Assembly (NCBI GenBank): GCA_965249555.1
Contig: OZ252243.1
Span: 1,920,001-1,984,000, forward strand
DNA from: Nitrosopumilus sp.
Lineage (GTDB): Archaea > Thermoproteota > Nitrososphaeria > Nitrososphaerales > Nitrosopumilaceae
DNA: 64,000 bases
Reading direction: 5' to 3'
Under the pieces are notes generated by a model. The model did no database searches. It worked only from the letters and a program-made list of their open reading frames with translations, and was not told where the DNA came from. This document shows, piece after piece, positions 42,568-52,227 of the stretch. The stretch's first letter is position 1. Every line of letters begins with the position of its first letter. A program made the position numbers and the translations under genes.

Positions 42568-43604
42568 ATTATCTCCTTTAATTTTGAAATGTTTCCAGCA
42601 TCTGTCACAAAGTTCTCCAAAGTCTTGAATGCTTTTCCATCTTTAATTGTGTTTAGTGCAATCTCTACTCCTTCTTCAAAATTATTTGCAATATTTGAAA
42701 TAACTAATCCTCCAGCTGCATTTAGTGCAGTAGTTTCAATCATTGCTTGATTTGCAGTATTATTTAGAACTCCTACAAACGATTTGATTGCATCATCTTT
42801 TGTTTTAATCTGAATATCTTTGAGTGACGATTTGTGCAATCCTACAACTTCAGGATCAATTGCATTCATCAATACTTTGTCTTTTCTTAAAATACACACT
42901 CTATTAGTTGCACTAGTGGAGAATTCATCCATTCCATCATCCGAACGTACAGTCATAATGTTTTCTCCACCTTTTCTTTTTAGAATTGCAGGTAATCTAT
43001 CAAGGTAGTCAATTGAAAATACACCAATTAGTTGATTTTTAACTCCAGCTGGATTTGAGAGTGGACCTAAAAGATTGAAAGCAGTTCTTTTGCCTAGTTG
43101 TCTTCTAGCTGGACCTACATGTTTCATTGCTGGGTGAAACTTTTGTGCAAACATGAAACAAATTTTATGCTTTTCTAAAATTTGTACAATTTGTGATGGT
43201 TCTTGATTTAGATCATATCCAAAATACTCGAAAATATCTGCACTTCCAGACACTCCCGAACTTGAGCGATTTCCATGCTTTGCAACTATTCCTCCGGCAG
43301 CAGCTACTACAAATGATGCTGTAGTTGACACATTGAATGTCTGAAGCTTATCACCACCTGTGCCGCACATGTCAATAATGATTCCAGCATTTTTAGGCTC
43401 AATTTTTAGAGATAATTCCTGCATTTTATCAAGCATCCCAAGTAGTTCATCATCCGTCTCTCCTTTCTTTGCTAGATGGGATAGAAAATCTGTGTTCTCT
43501 TGGATATTTGTATTTCCTGAAAGAATGTCTGTCATTACATTGTTTATCTCATCATATGTCAAGTCTGTCTTTTCTTCTAATTTTTTAATTAAATCTGAAA
43601 TCAT
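42564..43604 (-). CDS. trpD: Anthranilate phosphoribosyltransferase
   Basis: CGTGGD, KHGNRS..GSAD. Confidence 0.97.
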   Translation of the reverse strand: MISDLIKKLEEKTDLTYDEINNVMTDILSGNTNIQENTDFLSHLAKKGETDDELLGMLDKMQELSLKIEPKNAGIIIDMCGTGGDKLQTFNVSTTASFVVAAAGGIVAKHGNRSSSGVSGSADIFEYFGYDLNQEPSQIVQILEKHKICFMFAQKFHPAMKHVGPARRQLGKRTAFNLLGPLSNPAGVKNQLIGVFSIDYLDRLPAILKRKGGENIMTVRSDDGMDEFSTSATNRVCILRKDKVLMNAIDPEVVGLHKSSLKDIQIKTKDDAIKSFVGVLNNTANQAMIETTALNAAGGLVISNIANNFEEGVEIALNTIKDGKAFKTLENFVTDAGNISKLKEII

Positions 43605-44191
43605 TTTTCTTTCACCTGTAAAATAAAATTTTCTAGAATTTTTTTACCTTCTCTAGTCATTATTGATTCTGGATGAAATTGCACTCCGACAATTAGATAA
43701 TCTTTGTGTTTTATTGCCATAATTTCTCCATCATCAGCAGCAGTAGCTGTTACTTCTAATACATCTGGAATTACTGTTTTGTCTCCTACAAGACTATGAT
43801 ATCTTGTTGCTCTAAATGGATTCTTTACATCTTTGAATAGTTTTGAATTATTGTGATTCACTGGACTAGTCTTTCCATGTCTTACACATCCTGCATTTGT
43901 AACTTTGCCCCCAAAGGCATGAATGATTCCTTGATGTCCAAGACATACTCCAAGGATTGGTGTAGTTGCTCCCATGTCTTTTATCACATCTGAGCACACT
44001 CCAAAGTATTTCTTCTCTTCTGGAGTTCCAGGACCTGGAGAAATTATTATTGCATCATAGTTTCTCTCTTTGATCTCATTTAATGTGATTTTGTCATTTC
44101 GGATTACATCTGATTTTACTCCAAGCTCTCCAAGGTATTGTGCAATGTTATACACAAACGAATCGTAATTATCGATGATTAAAAATTTCAT
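43601..44191 (-). CDS. trpG: Anthranilate synthase component II
   Basis: IDNYDSF, SPGPG, GVCLGHQ, QFHPES. Confidence 0.96.
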   Translation of the reverse strand: MKFLIIDNYDSFVYNIAQYLGELGVKSDVIRNDKITLNEIKERNYDAIIISPGPGTPEEKKYFGVCSDVIKDMGATTPILGVCLGHQGIIHAFGGKVTNAGCVRHGKTSPVNHNNSKLFKDVKNPFRATRYHSLVGDKTVIPDVLEVTATAADDGEIMAIKHKDYLIVGVQFHPESIMTREGKKILENFILQVKEK

Positions 44192-45537
44192 TTTGTTGCC
44201 TCCTTTAATGCTTGGAGCATTGCGCCTGCTTTGTGTTCCGTTTCTTTGAATTCGTATTCTGCAATGGAATCTGAAACAATTCCTGCTCCTGATTGAACAA
44301 ACCCTTTGTTCCCATCAATGAATATGCTTCTAATTGCTATTGCAAAATCACAGCATCCATTAAATGAGAAATATCCAACAGCTCCTGCATACGGACCCCT
44401 TGCTTCAGTTTCTAATTCATCAATTATTTGCATTGCCCTGACTTTGGGTGCGCCAGATACTGTCCCTGCTGGAAATACTGCCTTGAATGCATCAAACATG
44501 TCATTTTCAGGCGCCAAACTACCTACTACGTGTGTAACTATATGTTGAACATGACTAAACTGCTTTATCTGCATTAGAGATTCTGGGTGAACTGTTCCAT
44601 ACTTGCATACTCGACCTATGTCGTTTCGTCCCAAATCAACTAACATTGTGTGCTCTGCTAATTCTTTTTCATCATGCAGTAATTCGTCAGCTAACTGTTT
44701 GTTCTTTTCATCATCATCTGTTATTTTCCTGGTTCCGGCAATTGGGAAAGTCTCTACTTTGTCATCAGTAATTCTAACTAACATTTCAGGAGATGCACCA
44801 ATGATTGTTTTGGGGCCTTGTTTTAGATGATACATGTAAGGTGATGGATTTAGCTTGCGTAATGTTTTATATAATGTTAGATTATCGCCCTTATTTTCAA
44901 ATGCAAATTTCCTAGATAAAACAACTTGGAAAATATCTCCATCGTGGATTAATTTTTTTGCCTTGTTTACAATATCTGAAAATTTTTCCTCATTCATGTT
45001 TGGTATTACTTCTGATGAATGAAAATCTCCAAATGTATCATCGCCTATCTTTAGCTTATCAAATCTATTTTCATCATGATAAAAGTAGAATAGTTTTTTG
45101 TATAAATTATCATATAATATTCCATCATCATAAATTCCAAACTCCATTAGTGGTTGTGGTGAATTGTGAGTATCAGGGATTTGCTCAACTAGTCTTATTG
45201 CATCATAGTTCACTACTCCTACTGCTCCTCCTAAATATCGATAACTTTGATCATCTGATTTTCCTAAGAGTTTTTTTAATTCTCCAAATGGGTCTGTAGT
45301 TTGTACGGTTTCAGTATCTCCACCTCTGAGAATCTCAACCTTATCTGAATACCCTTTGAGAATTATTTTTGGATCAAATCCCATTACTGACGTTTCTGCT
45401 AGTACTTCAGGACCAGTTAATGATTCAAAGAGAAATGAATGTGAATAGTTTCTTGAAATTTTATTGTAAATTTGAAATTGGTTTTCAGATAAATCTAGGG
45501 GTATTACTTTTGCTTGAGAGTTTCCAAATGTGTTCAC
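44188..45537 (-). CDS. trpE: Anthranilate synthase component I
   Basis: GDIFQVV, PIAGT, EHTMLVDLGRND, GAPKVRAM. Confidence 0.96.
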   Translation of the reverse strand: MNTFGNSQAKVIPLDLSENQFQIYNKISRNYSHSFLFESLTGPEVLAETSVMGFDPKIILKGYSDKVEILRGGDTETVQTTDPFGELKKLLGKSDDQSYRYLGGAVGVVNYDAIRLVEQIPDTHNSPQPLMEFGIYDDGILYDNLYKKLFYFYHDENRFDKLKIGDDTFGDFHSSEVIPNMNEEKFSDIVNKAKKLIHDGDIFQVVLSRKFAFENKGDNLTLYKTLRKLNPSPYMYHLKQGPKTIIGASPEMLVRITDDKVETFPIAGTRKITDDDEKNKQLADELLHDEKELAEHTMLVDLGRNDIGRVCKYGTVHPESLMQIKQFSHVQHIVTHVVGSLAPENDMFDAFKAVFPAGTVSGAPKVRAMQIIDELETEARGPYAGAVGYFSFNGCCDFAIAIRSIFIDGNKGFVQSGAGIVSDSIAEYEFKETEHKAGAMLQALKEATK

Positions 45538-45688
45538 CCATAGACAAAATTTTAGTGGTTTATTATTTAAATTGAATAGTAGGTTTTACTGACACTGATT
45601 TTGTCTAAAATGATTGATTTTGTAGGCGTGTAACAATTACGGTATAGTACGGTACCTTTATATCATATTTGATCGTAGTGCAATTACC

Positions 45689-45877
45689 ATGCAAGGAGTA
45701 AATCAGGCAATTATTCAAGATATGCAGATTCTCAGAAAATCACAGTATACTACATCTGTCTCTAAAGTTGAATGCTATGTTTGTGGCAAGGGATTAGAAG
45801 ATGGCCATAGTATAACTGCCAAGACATTGCCTCATGGAATAGTGTTATTTTGCGATGTTCATTATTCATTACAATAA
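45689..45877 (+). CDS. Small Zn-binding hypothetical protein
   Basis: CYVCG...FCDVH. Confidence 0.6.
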   Translation: MQGVNQAIIQDMQILRKSQYTTSVSKVECYVCGKGLEDGHSITAKTLPHGIVLFCDVHYSLQ

Positions 45878-45921
45878 TTGACCATAAACGCGATTATGTA
45901 CTAGTTCATACTATCTAGAGT

Positions 45922-46597
45922 ATGGGTATTCAAAGGAGTTTACTAATTTTTCAAAATTCATTAAAATCAAAAAATTCTGTAAAAACTCACACATATCTTT
46001 TACAAAACTTTATGAAATTTTACAAAATATCTGATTACAATTCTGTAGTTAACATCGAAAAAAAAACTTCAAACAATGATTGAAGATTATGTAATGGAAT
46101 TAAAAGATAAAATATTCCCAAATTCAATTTCAACTTACGCTAATCCGATTAAGACTTGGAATCAAATGATATTGATCTTAATTGGATGAAAATCAAAAGA
46201 CCATAACCCTGTTATGGTAAAGCGTTCTGGTTCTTCTGCATATTCTACTGAAGATGTAAAGAAAATGCTAGATGTTACAACAAAAATTCGAAACAAAGCA
46301 ATCATTCACTTTATGGCTTTCACTGGTTTTTGAATTGTGGCATTGCCTGATTTACAACTAAGACACATTAGAGATATGCCATTAGGCTGTAAAATGATTA
46401 CAGTTTATGAGGATTCAATAGAAGAGTATCAGACTTTTTTAACTCCTGAAGCAAGTAGTGTTTTAGATAATTACTTTGATCAAAGAAGAAAGAGTAATGA
46501 GAATCTGACAGACAAAGACAAGGGTAAAGAACTTTTTTCTTTAACATCCAGAGGTTTGGTAGAATATGAAAAAATAAAAGAAAAATTCAATCTTTAA
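45922..46597 (+). pseudogene. Degraded tyrosine recombinase/integrase
   Basis: Multiple frameshifts; YSTEDVKKML...RNKAIIHFMAFTGF*IVALPDL with TGA (46331-46333) at the box I Arg position; C-terminal catalytic half missing. Confidence 0.8.
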
Positions 46598-46637
46598 GTC
46601 AGTTTGTTGAAATCTTTTTTAGAATAATTGTATTTTA

Positions 46638-47174
46638 TTGGCATTAAACATTACAATCATTATCCAACTAGCAACACAACCGTTAATATTTTCATTATTA
46701 CAATCTAATGAGTTGAGAAGACGTGTTTTCAAATTAGAAGAACCGTTTAGAGAAATTATGGAGAAAGACATAGCCAAGAAATTCACTAGTGAATTATTCA
46801 CTGCATGTGGAGCAACTCTAGAATCACTATTTAAGTACGACAACAAAGACAACACACATGTTTGGGTTTATGATGCCAATGATGAAATTTTAGCTGTATT
46901 AGTTTTTGAAGATTTAGGAAAAGAATTTCATATAGTTGGCGTGTCTAATAATTTTGCAATAAATGAAACTATTTTAGATGATGCAAAACCAGGCGGTTCA
47001 TTGTATCTGGTTATGGAAAATTTTGCCATCGATATGGGTGTGAAAAAAATATTTCTGGAGTCAATTGAGATTAGAACTGACTATTGGAAAATAATGGGAT
47101 TTAATTCAACAGGTGATCCAAAGGATGGAAAATTTTGCAAATTATTCCCTATGGCGAAGGAACTTAAGCAATGA
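46638..47174 (+). CDS. GNAT-family acetyltransferase (start may be downstream)
   Basis: GVKKIFLESI...YWKIMGF C-terminal GNAT pattern. Confidence 0.65.
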   Translation: MALNITIIIQLATQPLIFSLLQSNELRRRVFKLEEPFREIMEKDIAKKFTSELFTACGATLESLFKYDNKDNTHVWVYDANDEILAVLVFEDLGKEFHIVGVSNNFAINETILDDAKPGGSLYLVMENFAIDMGVKKIFLESIEIRTDYWKIMGFNSTGDPKDGKFCKLFPMAKELKQ

Positions 47175-47373
47175 TTTCTTTTTTTGTCTCAGGAGTATAA
47201 TCTGGCATTGGTTCCATAGAATGGATTTGTTTTAAAACAATTTGAATCTCTGGATCATTTCTAAGAGTGTTTTCAAGAAGTTGTGATTTACTTTGTTTTA
47301 ATTTAGTAGCCAAAATTCCAATTGCACTAACTAAATCTCCATTGAATGTGTATGATTTTGCGATTTTTGTCAT
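47164..47373 (-). CDS. Ribbon-helix-helix protein
   Basis: MTKIAKSYTF...LATKLKQSKSQLLENTLR; ATG at 47373. Confidence 0.65.
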   Translation of the reverse strand: MTKIAKSYTFNGDLVSAIGILATKLKQSKSQLLENTLRNDPEIQIVLKQIHSMEPMPDYTPETKKEIIA

Positions 47374-47607
47374 ACTATTATATGATATATATCGCATAAA
47401 TATACTACTGTTAGGCATAAATGTAAAAATTTCTGTTTTTATATAACAAATAATTTCATGCATGAAAAACCAAATAAATCGATTAGTAGAAACCCAAAAG
47501 ACTATTTGCTTCAATTTCAACAATAATCAATTTCAAAATAATCGCGAATTATTGATACAATTGGTACTGTTAACTTTAGATTTTCCTCCATTGCATCATT
47601 ATCGTTT

Positions 47608-47832
47608 TTGAGTTGTTTTTGTAATGGCACTAAGTGGAGATTTGAAATGGATGAACATCAAAGATCTATTACAGATTCTTTAGATAAACCAAAATCAAAA
47701 TGGTTATCAATGTCATCAAAGTATGTTGGAACTTGTGTGCAATGCAATGGGGTAATTAATCAAGGTGAATCAATCTTATGGAATAAAGAGAAAGGTGCTA
47801 AACATGAGGACTTGTCCTATACTTTTCACTGA
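47608..47832 (+). CDS. Small hypothetical protein with CxxC
   Basis: KYVGTCVQC..I..GE.I.W. Confidence 0.5.
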   Translation: MSCFCNGTKWRFEMDEHQRSITDSLDKPKSKWLSMSSKYVGTCVQCNGVINQGESILWNKEKGAKHEDLSYTFH

Positions 47833-47959
47833 AAGCTCCAAAACAATAATGTTATTTTTTTAATAAGTTAAATTCCTAAAAGGTTAGAATAATATCTGGA
47901 TTCTAAACAATAACAACTTGATAGTGAACCTTATAGATCATTAATACTGAAAAAATTAC

Positions 47960-48175
47960 ATGGTAGATCATGTTCATGTTTGGAGAAAAAAATTGAGACT
48001 GCGAGAACTTATGGATATTACAAATCAAGAATTAGAATCAGGCAAAAAAATTACTGTAATTAATGAAATATTAGATATACAAATGCAAAAACGATGGAAC
48101 TTGGTTAGTACTAGAAAACAACACCTTGATGATATAAAGAAAATATTGGCAAATCAATATGTTTTAGTGATTTAA
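47960..48175 (+). CDS. Hypothetical protein
   Basis: 71-aa ORF. Confidence 0.55.
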   Translation: MVDHVHVWRKKLRLRELMDITNQELESGKKITVINEILDIQMQKRWNLVSTRKQHLDDIKKILANQYVLVI

Positions 48176-48207
48176 AATTTTAATTTCTGGTATCTAAATA
48201 AATTCAA

Positions 48208-48609
48208 AAGATTGAAGTTTTTGGGTTTGTCCTTTACTCTGTCTTGCCATATGCATCGACATGTAACACGACAATAGGATGTTGTGGAATCTTCAATCTT
48301 CGTTAATTATATGTTATATTAAATGATAAACTAGATCAACAAAATTATGTATATTTGTACATATTTAACATAAATTATAAACAAATATTAGACTTGTATG
48401 ATATATACTTAAATTTCATTTCTACGTATTTGATATAACGAGGATCTATCAAACTGCTAAGAAAATCCATCAGAATTTGAAGGATTCTAATGGAAAACTT
48501 TGAAGAAGCAGAAAGATAGGGAAAAAGGAATACACAAAAAAAGATGGAAGCATCTAAAATTCAAAAGTGTATTCCAATTAATCCTCGTTTCCTAATTCGA
48601 TATTTTTTT
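48208..48609. ncRNA. Non-coding structured cassette, copy 1
   Basis: Diverged direct repeat of 53551-53933 with conserved, covarying stems. Confidence 0.7.
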
Positions 48610-48943
48610 ACAAATTTGCAACAAATTGATAAATTATGACAGAACCTATCACTATTCCAACAATTGCACCAATAATCATCCCAATCTTTTTGAGTTTTTC
48701 TCTTTTTTCAAATTCAATATTGGCTTTTCTTTTTATTTCTGAGTGATGTTTCTTACAACGGAATTTGCCTTCATATTCCTGAAATCCTTTTCCCCCACAT
48801 TCTTCACATCTTCTTTCATTCGTGGTGGTTTTTTTGAGTTTTTCTTTTTTTACTACCGGTTCTAAATCTATGATCGCCTTTTCTTCATTTAGCATCTTTT
48901 CAGCTTTGTCTTCTGCAGTTCTTTTTTTTGGCTCATCTGTCAT
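48608..48943 (-). CDS. Hypothetical membrane-anchored Zn-finger protein
   Basis: CEECG...CKKH and C-terminal TM helix. Confidence 0.6.
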   Translation of the reverse strand: MTDEPKKRTAEDKAEKMLNEEKAIIDLEPVVKKEKLKKTTTNERRCEECGGKGFQEYEGKFRCKKHHSEIKRKANIEFEKREKLKKIGMIIGAIVGIVIGSVIIYQFVANL

Positions 48944-49241
48944 TAAATCAACCTTGATAGAACTTTTAGTGATTTAAAAATTTTAAAAATCTAAAACTAT
49001 GAAAAGAGTAGTAATCTTTAACTGGAATTTATGATATTTTTTACTAAATGAACAAGACTGAGAAAAATATATCAAATGAGATTATGAAAGAGCATTCCAG
49101 ATTATTAAACGATTTAGATTCTGAAAAAAACTCTCCAATTATACTAGAAACAAAGAATTCGAGTAAAAAATATCCATAACTGTTGGATTTTAATTTGGAT
49201 AATTTATGCTAGATTATCTTGATAATTCTTTCTTAATCTAA

Positions 49242-49508
49242 TCAAGCCATCTGAGCCGGAGCCTGTCCATCATATCCCTGTTTTTTGTGTATAGAGTCAA
49301 TTACTGACCTTGTAAATCTATCAAAGTCTTCATTTTTCATAGAATCAATGACTTCATCTACCGTTTTATTCATGTCAATTTCCTTGCATCTGCGGTCTGC
49401 CTCAGAACAATAAAACTCGATATAACTTTGAATATAATCATATTCTGGTCCTTGAATTCCTATTTCCAACCTTCTTCTACTTAATCTCTCTCTCCAGGTT
49501 TCACTCAT
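49242..49508 (-). CDS. Hypothetical protein
   Basis: 88-aa ORF. Confidence 0.55.
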   Translation of the reverse strand: MSETWRERLSRRRLEIGIQGPEYDYIQSYIEFYCSEADRRCKEIDMNKTVDEVIDSMKNEDFDRFTRSVIDSIHKKQGYDGQAPAQMA

Positions 49509-49560
49509 TGAATCACCATTGATACTACTTTATCGCATTTAAAGAAAATTATTTTTTATT

Positions 49561-50226
49561 TTACTTTATAACCTCATAGAACTGATTGAGACGTTGAGTC
49601 AGTAAATCCTTGTAATCTTCCGTTCTTTTTATGAATTCCATTCTTGTATTTTTCTCACTGCTTACTAGAATTACAACTTGTTTTACTTCAATTCCTGTTA
49701 ATTCTTTGAACATTTCTGAATATGCGGCACCTTGAATAAAATGATCAGTCATCCATTCTTCTTGCTGATTACTTCGTTTTGTTTTATAGTCTATTATTGA
49801 TAATTCTCCATTGTATTTGGCAATACAATCAGACATTCCTGCCAGTTTCATTTTTTTGCTATACAGTCTTAATTCAATTCCATGAATGTCATTGATTTTT
49901 TGTAAAAATGGAATTAGATTATTAAAATGAGCAACTGACAATAGTCTGACCTCGTCAGTTTGTGTTATTTCATTTAGGTGATTTTCAATTAATTTATGAG
50001 TTTGAGTACCTATTATTGAAGATTCTTCTGTAATATATTGAGCAGCTATCTCCTGCTCTTTCCAATTTTGTAGGCTTTGTTGTTTTTCAGCAGACATTGT
50101 TTTGTGTAGTATTGTTGTAATTGATGGAAAAATATCCCCATCTGGTGTTTGATAGTAATGTGCATCATCTTTTTCAATTAATTCTGCTTGTTGAAAATTA
50201 ATTGGAATGTGATTAAACATGTGCAT
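49561..50226 (-). CDS. PD-(D/E)XK exonuclease (phage-type)
   Basis: PSITTIL, GTQTH, AGMSDCIA, IIDYKT, QGAAY. Confidence 0.88.
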   Translation of the reverse strand: MHMFNHIPINFQQAELIEKDDAHYYQTPDGDIFPSITTILHKTMSAEKQQSLQNWKEQEIAAQYITEESSIIGTQTHKLIENHLNEITQTDEVRLLSVAHFNNLIPFLQKINDIHGIELRLYSKKMKLAGMSDCIAKYNGELSIIDYKTKRSNQQEEWMTDHFIQGAAYSEMFKELTGIEVKQVVILVSSEKNTRMEFIKRTEDYKDLLTQRLNQFYEVIK

Positions 50227-50299
50227 CTTGTAAATTTGTTATTTCAGTGTAATTTTAAACTCTTTATTTCTAATTTGTTAAAATTCAAGTATTCCGATC

Positions 50300-51514
50300 T
50301 TAATTTTCTTTGAATCTAGCAGCTTCATCAGAGCCACCAGTTGCATTACCTTTGCTGTAGGAATGCGCTCCAACTCCTGCCAAACTTCCACCCTTTACAA
50401 TTAGATATTCATCCCGTATTGGTTTGTCATCAAGCCAACACTCCAAAATCTCCCTAACCCCTGATGCATATCTTGTCTGAGCAGAAAGTGATGTTCCAGA
50501 AGTGTGAGGAGTCATGCCATGATTTGGCATTGTTCTCCACGGATGATCCTTTGGTGGGGGTTGTGGAAACCAAACATCCCCTGCATATCCTGCTAATTGT
50601 CCTGTCTCTAGTGCTTTTGTCACAGCATTTCTGTCACAAATTTTCCCACGAGCAGTATTTACTAAATATGCCCCATGTTTCATCTTGCTAATCAATTCTT
50701 CATCAAATAGATTTTCAGTCTCTGGATGAAGCGGTGCATTAATTGTAATTACATCACATACCTTTACCATCTCCTCTACACTTTGGTGAAATGTCAATCC
50801 AAGTTCTTTCTCAGTTTCTTCAGGTAATCTATGTTTATCAAAATAATGAAGCTTGACATCAAATGGTTTCATTCTCTTTAGTACGGCCAATCCTATTCTT
50901 CCCGCAGCTACTGTTCCAACATTCATTCCCTCTACATCGTATGACCTTGATACACAATCCGCAATGTTCCATCCATTTTTGATTACCCAGTTGTATGATG
51001 GGATGTAGTTTCTTACCAATCCTAGGATCATCATTACAACATGTTCTGATACACTGATGCTATTGGAATACGTTACCTCCGTTACTGTAATGTCATTATC
51101 CATCGCTGCTTGCAAGTCTACATGGTCAGATCCAATTCCTGCTGTGATTACCATCTTTAGCTTTGGTGCCTTTGCAATTCTTTGAGCAGTAAGATAAGCT
51201 GGCCAGAAAGGCTGTGATATTGCAATGTCTGTATCTACTAACTCTTTTTCAAATACCGAATTTGGTCCGTCTTTGTCAGATGTTACAACATAAGTGTGTC
51301 CCCGCTCTTCTAAGAATTTTCGTAATCCCAGTTCTCCTGAAACACATCCTAAAAGTTCTCCTGGGTTAAAATCAATTTTTTCTGGAGTAGGTGTACTTTG
51401 GCCACCAGGATAACTTGTGATCTTTGGAATATCTGTTCTTGCATAATTTGGTGGGAACTTGTCTTCTGGGTCATCATATAATACACATAATATCTTTAGA
51501 TTTTCTTTACTCAT
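50300..51514 (-). CDS. fdh: NAD-dependent (metal-independent) formate dehydrogenase
   Basis: LCVLYDDP, ISQPFWPAYLT, AGIGSDHVDL, AAGRIG, NTARG, GDVWFPQP, MTPHTSG, HSYSKGNATGGS as in Pseudomonas sp. 101-type FDH. Confidence 0.96.
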   Translation of the reverse strand: MSKENLKILCVLYDDPEDKFPPNYARTDIPKITSYPGGQSTPTPEKIDFNPGELLGCVSGELGLRKFLEERGHTYVVTSDKDGPNSVFEKELVDTDIAISQPFWPAYLTAQRIAKAPKLKMVITAGIGSDHVDLQAAMDNDITVTEVTYSNSISVSEHVVMMILGLVRNYIPSYNWVIKNGWNIADCVSRSYDVEGMNVGTVAAGRIGLAVLKRMKPFDVKLHYFDKHRLPEETEKELGLTFHQSVEEMVKVCDVITINAPLHPETENLFDEELISKMKHGAYLVNTARGKICDRNAVTKALETGQLAGYAGDVWFPQPPPKDHPWRTMPNHGMTPHTSGTSLSAQTRYASGVREILECWLDDKPIRDEYLIVKGGSLAGVGAHSYSKGNATGGSDEAARFKEN

Positions 51515-51639
51515 TTCTCTAGACTTGATGAAATCCTAAACCTGTAAATTAACTTGATCCTCCTAATGAAAAGTTGATTTAGCATATTTTGTATGCCAGA
51601 TTTTTTGTTTTCCAACATGCTTAAGTTCATTTTTTTCTA

Positions 51640-51843
51640 ATGGCATGCATGGATAATCCAACTGAAATCAACTCTGTATATTGGAACGAAAAAAAAAAAT
51701 CATGGGCACACAAGCTGATTCAAGTTGAAGAATATCACGGATTTGAGGAATGTCAGCAATGTCGTAGACCCATGTCCCATAATATCAAAACAGATGGAGA
51801 ATTCAAAGTCGTCTATGTGGAATGTGGATGCTCAAGGCGATAA
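51640..51843 (+). CDS. Small Zn-binding protein
   Basis: CQQC...CGC. Confidence 0.6.
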   Translation: MACMDNPTEINSVYWNEKKKSWAHKLIQVEEYHGFEECQQCRRPMSHNIKTDGEFKVVYVECGCSRR

Positions 51844-51983
51844 TCCAATTTCAAGAAATAATGGTGATTCATTAGAGACAGGCATACATTCGGCTGCAAA
51901 GCTTTATGCCAAATTACACCCCACAGAAGAAAATGCAAAAATAAGAACGAATGAATTTAAAATGAAATTGGTAGAATAGAGTC

Positions 51984-52223
51984 ATGTTTTACCCTTTTTC
52001 TCTTGTTAAAGTAGTATTGAAAAATATAGGGTTTGAAATAAAAGAAGATGATGACGGTGTACTGTCATTTATTCACAAAACTACAAACCAAGAAGTGTTA
52101 ATAGGCATAGACAAGGAATTAGGATCAAATTATCTAAGAAATAAAATGCAAGAAATTAATTTACCTTTTGATTATTTTCATCATCTTACAGAGACCGTCA
52201 AAAAAATAAGTGATAATAAATAA
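51984..52223 (+). CDS. HicA-like fold protein
   Basis: VLKNIGFE...FIH...V.I...KELGSNYLRNKMQEINL spacing; no canonical GSH. Confidence 0.45.
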   Translation: MFYPFSLVKVVLKNIGFEIKEDDDGVLSFIHKTTNQEVLIGIDKELGSNYLRNKMQEINLPFDYFHHLTETVKKISDNK

Positions 52224-52227
52224 AATC

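Noticed and set aside
48437-48609. IS110 bridge RNA or H/ACA guide identity for the duplicated RNA
   Set aside because: Internal loops are mostly poly-A, no IS110 gene is adjacent and no clear K-turn or ACA box is seen
49561-50226. Cas4 / CRISPR adaptation gene
   Set aside because: Lacks the four-Cys Fe-S ligands and any cas context
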